Shown: positions 1 to 6,002 of the stretch, piece by piece
Layout of the letters: every line of letters starts with the position of its first letter
How positions within the stretch are numbered: the first letter of the stretch is position 1
Source of the DNA: Pseudobacteriovorax sp.
GTDB lineage: Bacteria > Bdellovibrionota_B > Oligoflexia > Oligoflexales > Oligoflexaceae
Length of the DNA: 14,379 nucleotides
Direction: 5' to 3'
Assembly (NCBI GenBank): GCA_050293845.1
Contig: JBNKNM010000143.1
Location: 1 to 14,379, forward strand
The notes under the pieces: generated by a model
What the model was told of the DNA's origin: nothing
The model's input: the letters and a program-made list of their open reading frames with translations, nothing else
Database searches by the model: none
Program-made: the position numbers and the translations under genes

Positions 1-60
1 GAATCGCTGGTGCCTAAAGTGGCCCAGGAATCCCCCACTATAGCCGCATCAGCGGTTTAG
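1..60 (+). CDS. tnpB: Probable C-terminal fragment of a TnpB (partial, 5' truncated by the window)
   Basis: Frame 1 reads ESLVPKVAQESPTIAASAV*. ESLV matches the C-terminus (GRESLVS*) of the TnpB at 1877-2914. It could equally be a non-coding MITE-like remnant. Confidence 0.45.
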   Translation, partial: ESLVPKVAQESPTIAASAV

Positions 61-77
61 TGGCGGGAGGACGTCAA
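1..77 (+). mobile_element. Right end of a second IS200/IS605-family (tnpB-type) element, truncated by the window edge
   Basis: 1-77 aligns with the reverse complement of 1829-1894. Shared blocks: GAATCGCTGGTG, TAA, AGTGGCCCAGGAATCCCC and GAGGACGTCAA. GAAT sits at the foot of a subterminal hairpin (CCACTA-TAGCCGC-ATCA-GCGGTT-TAGTGG) and TCAA is at 74-77, the IS608-type right cleavage motif. Confidence 0.85.
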
Positions 78-80
78 TGA

Positions 81-668
81 CTACACACTCATTGTAAAGT
101 TCCAGAAAGCATGTAGTCCAATCGCGGCAATTAACCCGCTTCTAAGAAAGACAATCGTAAGGATTATTGAACCTGGAATATACGTAGTAAAGAATTTAAA
201 AAATATATTCCAAGGTCCAAACTGGCAATGAGCCAAGGTAAATAGCAAAACAGAGACAGTACACAATAAGACTGTATTGATACCTCTATCAGAAAAATAA
301 CCGATTAGAAAGCGTCTGAAAAAAACTTCCTCAAAAATGGGTGATATCACTGCTCTATCAATTATTTTCCATGCATATTCTAACCCAGATACATCTGGCA
401 TTGGTTGTCCTACACCACCTTCAATGGGAGGGACGAACACTAAATAATCATATGTCTTTGTTACTGTGATTAAAGATATAATTGATATTATATAATACAT
501 GCCTATAAGTAATATTGTTTTAAAAAACCCTTGATAATTTTTAAGAATATCATCTTTTTTTAAGATCAATATAGCAAGCATTTCAAAGTAAATTGCTATT
601 GATCTAAAATAAAAATTAGATATCGTTACTAGCATTATTATAACAACATATAATACAATTAAATTCAC
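81..668 (-). CDS. CPBP (CAAX protease/Abi) family intramembrane metalloprotease
   Basis: Motifs EEVFFR (EExxxR), FTLAH (FxxxH) and HAFWN (HxxxN) in a multi-TM 195-aa protein. GTG start 1 nt after the upstream stop, with a GAGG RBS. Confidence 0.9.
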   Translation of the reverse strand: MNLIVLYVVIIMLVTISNFYFRSIAIYFEMLAILILKKDDILKNYQGFFKTILLIGMYYIISIISLITVTKTYDYLVFVPPIEGGVGQPMPDVSGLEYAWKIIDRAVISPIFEEVFFRRFLIGYFSDRGINTVLLCTVSVLLFTLAHCQFGPWNIFFKFFTTYIPGSIILTIVFLRSGLIAAIGLHAFWNFTMSV

Positions 669-669
669 T

Positions 670-1680
670 CTATGCCTCTGGGTCTAGACATCCTGCAATT
701 GATCCACAACCGGGTAAGCTTGGGCTTGGTGTTTCTCCATGCCTGCATGAAATTGATCTATAGCTGTATTTCCAATCTCCATAGTTACATGTTTTATAAG
801 TCAACTGCTTTCTGCCATTCCTACAACGACTCTCACTGTCTAGTTTCTTAATTCCATGTAGGTATCCATTACATCTTTTCGGTGCACATAATGTATTGTC
901 TTCCTCATACCCATCGTCGCAATTAACTTCTGTTACTGCTAGTGATGCATAGCTGCAAGTGTAATGCTGTATGCCATTATCTATATATTTATGTGTAGTC
1001 TCACCAGGCTGATATGCTCTCTCTGGGTAAAAACAAGGAGCATTAAAACTTACAAATTCACCTGTACTAAATAATTGAATCATCTCAATCTCTGGTCCTG
1101 TCTCATCATCCACTAGAATATACCTTGCCTCTCTTGTGAATGTTCCGAGAACATAAACACCCTCTGCAAATTCATAAGGTACTAGCGGTTGAAATTTTAT
1201 AATCATAGTACCATCGTGATGCGTAATTACCATCTTGGTACAGGCATTCGATGCGTTTATAGATAGGCAATGCCTTGTCTCTTTCTCTTTCACTTTTTCA
1301 CCTTTACTATTAAAAATTGTTTCGGTCGTTCTTACATCCGAAACAAACGATCTATCAAAAATTGCTTTCAGTGTGTCAAAACCTTCTTTAAAAAATCTGT
1401 CAATGATATACACAAAAGCTTCATCAGATAGTTCTAATTTTTTTTCCTTGTCTAATTTTGATAGTCCTTCCGCGTCCGAAGGAATGGGATCAGGTGCTTG
1501 ATTTCTTCTGCCTATCTGCTTGCCACCACCAAGAGATTGTCCCACAGCTAGATCGCCACCTGAAACCATTTCATGAAATTCATATGGTCTTAATCTTGGA
1601 CCTGTTACTTCAATGACTTCTGTTTTCATTGCATAACCGTAATTTGAAAAAATGAGTAAACTTAGGAATAGCAATTTCAT
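670..1680 (-). CDS. Secreted cysteine-rich hypothetical protein (336 aa from the ATG at 1680)
   Basis: ATG at 1680 is preceded by AAGAGG and begins a signal peptide MKLLFLSLLIFSNYGYA. 12 Cys, 10 of them in the C-terminal ~120 aa. The ORF track start at 1728 is probably too far upstream. Confidence 0.8.
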   Translation of the reverse strand: MKLLFLSLLIFSNYGYAMKTEVIEVTGPRLRPYEFHEMVSGGDLAVGQSLGGGKQIGRRNQAPDPIPSDAEGLSKLDKEKKLELSDEAFVYIIDRFFKEGFDTLKAIFDRSFVSDVRTTETIFNSKGEKVKEKETRHCLSINASNACTKMVITHHDGTMIIKFQPLVPYEFAEGVYVLGTFTREARYILVDDETGPEIEMIQLFSTGEFVSFNAPCFYPERAYQPGETTHKYIDNGIQHYTCSYASLAVTEVNCDDGYEEDNTLCAPKRCNGYLHGIKKLDSESRCRNGRKQLTYKTCNYGDWKYSYRSISCRHGETPSPSLPGCGSIAGCLDPEA

Positions 1681-1808
1681 TAAAAACCTCTTTAATATGT
1701 TTGTGATATTTCTTTGTATCCCAGTCATAGCTTGACTTTTAAGCCGTGTTAACTCATTTGTAAATTAAATTTAAGATGGTGTTTATTGCCAACAAAGTTT
1801 CAATGACA

Positions 1809-1960
1809 ATTACTAAAAACCAACAGAGTTGACGTCCTCACCCATGGCTAAAGCCAAGGGGATTCCTGGGCCACTATTAGGACACCAGCGATTCACGCCC
1901 GAATCGGAGAATGTTCAGAGCAGCATTCACGTCACGATCATGGACCGCTCCACAATTGCT
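1809..1960 (-). ncRNA. Predicted TnpB omegaRNA: scaffold overlapping the tnpB 3' end down to 1829, guide from 1828 (CTCTGTTGGTTTTTAGTAAT)
   Basis: Right-end hairpins and TCAA boundary seen in sequence; existence inferred from known TnpB systems. The 5' end (1960) is a guess. Confidence 0.55.
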
Positions 1961-2914
1961 GCACACCCACTCTCTTACCCCAAGACCTTTCAACCCTTTC
2001 GGGCCGCTATCTGGAATTTCTTCGCAGCTAGAACAGATCTGAGTTGAGAAGTTCTCGGGAACTTCTACGAATATACGATGCTGCTGCGCGCTCGCTTTAT
2101 ACTTCAGCATCGTTTTGAATGCGGTGGTAGCCGCATCATTGACAGATTTTGCCATTTTAGTTTTGGCTAGTCCCTTTGCTCCAAACTTACCTACAACTAT
2201 TAGGCAGTTTTCTTGGACGATTTCAGTTGAAGCTTTGTGCAGATCGTCCATTCTCTTATTGCGAATCTTTGCGTGGATTTTCCTAGCTTGCCGCTTTTTT
2301 TTGTGCTTCTGCGCACGAGAAAGCTTTCGCTCCATCATCCGATAGTAGCGCCCGTTAGATACCTTTTTGCCACTAGAGAGCGTGGCGACGTCTTTCAGAC
2401 CAAGGTCAATGCCAACTTCAGCGCGAGCATCGTATTGTTCTGGTTCGTATTCGATAGGAATGCAGATATACCAACGACCTCTAGAGTCCTGACAAAACTC
2501 TCCGCTCTTGTAGTCAGATTCGGGAAGACGCTCCGGTTGAAATAGCCAGTAGGACTTTTTATTGAAGGTCACAATACCGTCTTTGAACTTGATACAATCA
2601 TGGCGAAAGGGAATCCACCCCAAAGACTTTCGACCACGCCATCTGAGTTTTCTTTTTTTGAACTGCCGTCTTCGTGTTACATACTCACGACAAACCATTT
2701 GTACAGAAGCAGAATTCAGCCCAAGTTCTTTGTTAGCGCCTTTAGTTAGCTTCTGAAGATCTTGATAACTAAGCCATTCACTGTTTTTCCGTACAGCTTC
2801 GAAAGAGGTTTCATTGCAATAATTCCAGACAAAATTGATTGCCCTAGCCATACGGTTCAGCTCTTTACAAGCTGTACTGTCTTTTATTCGTATTTTTAGG
2901 GTTTTTGTTGCCAT
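1877..2914 (-). CDS. tnpB: TnpB RNA-guided endonuclease (IS605 OrfB), 345 aa, RuvC-II-rearranged type
   Basis: RuvC-I VGIDLG (D170), zinc finger CSSC...CSNC, RuvC-III DRDVNAALNI (D328). Gly242 occupies the canonical RuvC-II Glu position and Glu287 lies in VPENFSTQ. GAGGA RBS. Confidence 0.95.
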   Translation of the reverse strand: MATKTLKIRIKDSTACKELNRMARAINFVWNYCNETSFEAVRKNSEWLSYQDLQKLTKGANKELGLNSASVQMVCREYVTRRRQFKKRKLRWRGRKSLGWIPFRHDCIKFKDGIVTFNKKSYWLFQPERLPESDYKSGEFCQDSRGRWYICIPIEYEPEQYDARAEVGIDLGLKDVATLSSGKKVSNGRYYRMMERKLSRAQKHKKKRQARKIHAKIRNKRMDDLHKASTEIVQENCLIVVGKFGAKGLAKTKMAKSVNDAATTAFKTMLKYKASAQQHRIFVEVPENFSTQICSSCEEIPDSGPKGLKGLGVREWVCSNCGAVHDRDVNAALNILRFGRESLVS

Positions 2915-2939
2915 TGCAATTCCTCTACTTATGAGCTAG

Positions 2940-2968
2940 ATCATAGCCAGGAGGTAATACAGTGTCAA
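2940..2968 (-). promoter_or_regulatory. Near-consensus sigma70 promoter for tnpB/omegaRNA
   Basis: Minus strand: TTGACA (2968-2963), 17-nt spacer, TATGAT (2945-2940), about 25 nt upstream of the tnpB ATG. Confidence 0.8.
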
Positions 2969-3384
2969 CGACAAAAAACTATCTAAGATCACATCATCAT
3001 TGCATATATAAGATTACCTATCACTTAGTGTTGGTGACAAAGTACAGGCGAAAGTGCTTCACAAAAGAAATCCTCGATCGCCTTCAAGAGATCTGCAAAG
3101 ATATCTGTGAAAAATGGGATATTGGGCTTATCGAATTCGGTGGAGAACAGGATCACATTCACTTACTTTTGGACTTTCATCCTTCGGCTCAGCCTAGCAA
3201 ATTCGTCAATAATTTGAAGACTGTCAGCTCTAGGCTTATCAGGAGAGATTTCAATGATCATCTTGCAAAATTTTACTGGAAACCTGTTATGTGGACACGG
3301 GCCTATTGCTTGTTATCAGCGGGGGGTGCACCAATTGAAGTCATCAAGCAATATATAGAAAATCAGGAAACGCCTACAGAATGA
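2962..3384 (+). CDS. tnpA: IS200/IS605 Y1 HUH transposase TnpA
   Basis: YHLVLVTKYRR, HUH motif DHIHLL, catalytic Tyr in KQYIENQ; 140 aa; GTG start with AGGAGG RBS. Confidence 0.96.
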   Translation: MSTTKNYLRSHHHCIYKITYHLVLVTKYRRKCFTKEILDRLQEICKDICEKWDIGLIEFGGEQDHIHLLLDFHPSAQPSKFVNNLKTVSSRLIRRDFNDHLAKFYWKPVMWTRAYCLLSAGGAPIEVIKQYIENQETPTE

Positions 3385-3567
3385 TTGCTCACCTCGCTTT
3401 TGCTCGGATCACAATTCGCCTATCCATCTCCCCCTAAGCCTCGACCACCTTCGGTTGTCTACGTTCTAGAGGGAGAATTTCGGCGAGTCATGTTAAACCA
3501 TTTAACTATTGAATATTATTTAGAAAAACCATTCGAAATCATCACCGAAATGAACTCATTTCCTGAA

Positions 3568-3642
3568 TGGCGGCCCCACCAGGAATCGAACCTAGAACTA
3601 ACGCTTAGGAAGCGCTTGTTATATCCGTTTAACTATGGGGCC
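3568..3642 (-). tRNA. tRNA-Arg (anticodon CCT)
   Basis: Reverse complement GGCCCCATAGTTAAACGGATATAACAAGCGCTTCCTAAGCGTTAGTTCTAGGTTCGATTCCTGGTGGGGCCGCCA: acceptor stem GGCCCCA/TGGGGCC, anticodon loop TT-CCT-AA, T-loop TTCGATT, encoded CCA end. Confidence 0.96.
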
Positions 3643-3657
3643 ATCAAAGGAACTAAG

Positions 3658-3686
3658 TAAATAACAGATTGTAGCGCGATCGTCAA
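3658..3686 (-). promoter_or_regulatory. Possible tRNA promoter
   Basis: TTGACG, 17-nt spacer ending TGT, then TATTTA (imperfect -10), about 15 nt upstream of the tRNA. Confidence 0.4.
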
Positions 3687-3707
3687 CGAACCCTAAAGGG
3701 CTCGTTA
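3684..3707 (-). terminator. Stem-loop after the pdhC stop (possible terminator or processing hairpin, no U-tract)
   Basis: TAACGAGCCC-TTTA-GGGTTCGTTG, 6 nt after the pdhC TAG. Confidence 0.45.
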
Positions 3708-3713
3708 CAAAAG

Positions 3714-4985
3714 CTAGCTCAGCATCATTAGTGGATCTTCTAAATAGGAGACCAAGGACTGCAGAAACTCCGCACCTAAGGCCCCATCTATGACGCGATG
3801 ATCACACGACATAGTCAACTTCATACGCGGCTGTACCGTTATCTCGCCACTATCGCCAACCCAAGGTGTCGGAATGGTAGCTCCTATCGCCAGTATAGCT
3901 GACTGCGGGGGATTAATGATGGCGGTGAACTCTTCAATTCCCATCATGCCCAGATTGGAAATGGAGAAGGTTCCTCCCTGGTATTCTTCAGGTTTTAAAT
4001 CACCTGACTTGGCCCGCCCTACAAGATCTTTGGTCATCATCGCTATGTCTCTAGCCCCGAGACGATGGGCTGCTCTAACCACTGGTGTGATGAGTCCATC
4101 AGGAACCGCTACCGCCACGCTGATATCGGCGGAGCCATAACGACGAATAAAATCTCCCTGCCAGGAAGCATTCACTGCGGGATGTCTTATAAGGGCCTTA
4201 GCACAGGCTTGGATGATCAGATCATTAACACTCACTTTCGACATGCCTGAAGTCGCAGCTTCTTCATTCAAGCGTTTACGCCAGGCCATTAACCTCTCCA
4301 TATTAACAGAGCGGGTAAGGTAAAAGTGTGGGGCATCGTTCTTTCCTGCAAGCAACCGCTTAGCGATTGTTTTTCGCATCATCGTATTGGGTACATCAAT
4401 ATCTTCTATACCTAGAGCAGGAGCCGCAGGCATGGGAGACGGCTGCGCCATGGCAGGAGTCCTGGCTCGTCCCGAAACTAACGCCTCGTCAACATCGCGC
4501 ATCACAATGCGCCCCTGGGGACCCGACCCCGATAGAGTCGCTAAATCTAGACCGTTCTCTTGGGCTACTTTTTTAGCAAGGGGAGACGCTTTAATACGCT
4601 CACCTCCTGCTGTTGAAGGTCGAGTAGCAGTGCTACTGCTCTCGGTTTTGCTGCTATCCACTGGCTCCGTACTCGCTCGCTCAGCATCTTCTTTTGCACT
4701 ACTTTTTTTTGTAGCTGCCAGCAAGGCATCCAAATCAAAAGCCTCACCTTTTTCGCCGACAATGCATATCGGTGCATTTAGTTCACAAGCTTCTCCCCCT
4801 TTAACAAGAATTTTGAGCAGGGTACCCTCTGCAGGAGAATTATATTCCATGGTAGCTTTGTCGGTTTCCACCTCGACAAAAGCTTCCCCTTCTTCGATAA
4901 ACTCACCTTCTTCTTTCAACCAAGATGAAATCGCACCCTCTTCCATGGTGTCGCTCAGCTTGGGCATTTCAATGATTTCAGCCAT
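3714..4985 (-). CDS. pdhC: Pyruvate dehydrogenase E2, dihydrolipoamide acetyltransferase
   Basis: One lipoyl domain (MPKLSDTMEEG...ETDKA), E3-binding domain (ASPLAKKVA), catalytic DHRVIDGA; in operon with E1 alpha and beta. Confidence 0.95.
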   Translation of the reverse strand: MAEIIEMPKLSDTMEEGAISSWLKEEGEFIEEGEAFVEVETDKATMEYNSPAEGTLLKILVKGGEACELNAPICIVGEKGEAFDLDALLAATKKSSAKEDAERASTEPVDSSKTESSSTATRPSTAGGERIKASPLAKKVAQENGLDLATLSGSGPQGRIVMRDVDEALVSGRARTPAMAQPSPMPAAPALGIEDIDVPNTMMRKTIAKRLLAGKNDAPHFYLTRSVNMERLMAWRKRLNEEAATSGMSKVSVNDLIIQACAKALIRHPAVNASWQGDFIRRYGSADISVAVAVPDGLITPVVRAAHRLGARDIAMMTKDLVGRAKSGDLKPEEYQGGTFSISNLGMMGIEEFTAIINPPQSAILAIGATIPTPWVGDSGEITVQPRMKLTMSCDHRVIDGALGAEFLQSLVSYLEDPLMMLS

Positions 4986-4995
4986 CGTTACTACC

Positions 4996-5976
4996 TTAGT
5001 TTAAGTATAAAACCTGTTTTACTGCCTTGATGATGCGGTCGGGCTGTGGCAGCACGCGCTCCTCTTGTGCTTCATTATACGGCATGGGAACAAACTCATT
5101 GCTGACGCGCTTGACGGGAGCATCAAGATAATCAAAGCATGCATCCTGGATGCGATCGGCGATCTGGGCACCCACAGAAGCAAATCCCCAAGCTTCCTCC
5201 ACAATCACCACCCGATTGGTCTTACGCACCGATGCAAAAATCAAATCCTCATCGAGGGGTTGTAGCGTGCGCGGGTCAATAATTTCAGCGTTAATACCAT
5301 CTTTATGAAGCTCTTCACAGGCCTTCACAACCTTGTGGTATACTTTGTTCCAACAGATGATGGTAACATCGGTTCCAGAGCGCTTAATATCTCCCTTCCC
5401 GAGAGGAATCAAGTATTCTTCTTCAGGTACCTCTCCCTTCAGCCCATACATCATTTCGCTCTCAAGAAAAATCACTGGATTGTCATCGCGGATAGCGGAC
5501 TTGAGTAAGCCTTTGCCATCATAAGGGGTTGAACAGGTCACCACCTTCAGACCCGGAATGTTCGTCAAGAGAGGTTCTACAGCTTGGCTGTGCTGCGCTC
5601 CTAGCATATGAGCGGCACCATTAGGCCCCCGAAAAACGATGGGCACCTTAAACTGTCCTCCAGACATGTAACGTAGCTTAGCTGCATTGTTGATAATCTG
5701 ATCAAAAGCCTGAATGCCAAAGTTCCAAGTCATCATCTCGATGATCGGCCGGAGACCTGTTAGAGCAGCTCCAATTCCTAAACCAGCAAATCCCCCTTCT
5801 GAAATAGGAGAATCCCAAACCCGCTTGGCTCCGTACTTATCCAAAAGCCCTTTAGATACCTTGTAGGCGCCATCGTATTGTGCAACCTCTTCGCCCATCA
5901 AAAAGATTGTTTCATCGCGAGCCATTTCTTCGTCCATAGCTTGACCAAGGGCTTCGCGAAAGGTTAATAATGCCAT
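4996..5976 (-). CDS. pdhB: Pyruvate dehydrogenase E1 beta subunit
   Basis: MGEEVAQYDGAYKVSKGL, PISEGGFAG, FRGPNGAA..GAQHSQ; no fused lipoyl domain. Confidence 0.96.
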   Translation of the reverse strand: MALLTFREALGQAMDEEMARDETIFLMGEEVAQYDGAYKVSKGLLDKYGAKRVWDSPISEGGFAGLGIGAALTGLRPIIEMMTWNFGIQAFDQIINNAAKLRYMSGGQFKVPIVFRGPNGAAHMLGAQHSQAVEPLLTNIPGLKVVTCSTPYDGKGLLKSAIRDDNPVIFLESEMMYGLKGEVPEEEYLIPLGKGDIKRSGTDVTIICWNKVYHKVVKACEELHKDGINAEIIDPRTLQPLDEDLIFASVRKTNRVVIVEEAWGFASVGAQIADRIQDACFDYLDAPVKRVSNEFVPMPYNEAQEERVLPQPDRIIKAVKQVLYLN

Positions 5977-6002
5977 ATTGTATTCTCTTTCGTAGCTCAG
6001 TG

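Larger units (their letters stand above)
1..97 (+). ncRNA. Predicted omegaRNA (reRNA) 3' part of the upstream element: scaffold to 77, guide from 78 (TGACTACACACTCATTGTAA)
   Basis: Established TnpB biology: the scaffold derives from the IS right end and the guide from the adjacent flank. Boundaries approximate. Confidence 0.5.
1829..3492 (-). mobile_element. Complete IS200/IS605-family element, IS605 group (divergent tnpA and tnpB), about 1.66 kb
   Basis: Right end on the minus strand: GAAT-CCCCTTGGCTTTAGCCATGGG-TGAGGACG-TCAA ending at 1829. Left end: TTTAA (3497-3493) then CATGACTCGCCG-AAAT-TCTCCCTCTA...TAGGGGAGA hairpin. No terminal IRs or target duplication, as expected for this family. 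An alternative left boundary at 3501 (second TTAA) cannot be excluded. Confidence 0.9.

Noticed and set aside
2189..2191. TnpB as a nuclease-dead TldR-like regulator because the RuvC-II Glu is Gly
   Set aside because: A compensating Glu287 lies 45 aa downstream, both Asp residues are intact, tnpA and both ends are present, and the guide is simply the flank. I saw no second match to either guide in the window.
1829..2756. Short plus-strand ORFs (1829-2047, 2115-2345, 2237-2545, 2562-2756)
   Set aside because: Antisense shadows of tnpB and the IS right end.
1..3492. TnpA-mobilised composite transposon carrying the two-gene cassette
   Set aside because: Y1 transposases excise a single strand between a left end and a right end on the same strand. 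The two right ends here are on opposite strands facing inward, so neither element would carry the cassette by the standard mechanism.
3385..3660. 91-aa plus-strand ORF after tnpA
   Set aside because: It runs across the IS left-end hairpin and antisense through the tRNA-Arg gene, with no recognisable protein features.
4387..5004. 205-aa plus-strand ORF and the other small ORFs inside the pdh, fabF, lptF, PBP, oxygenase and helicase genes
   Set aside because: They overlap well-supported genes on the opposite strand or in another frame and carry no motifs.
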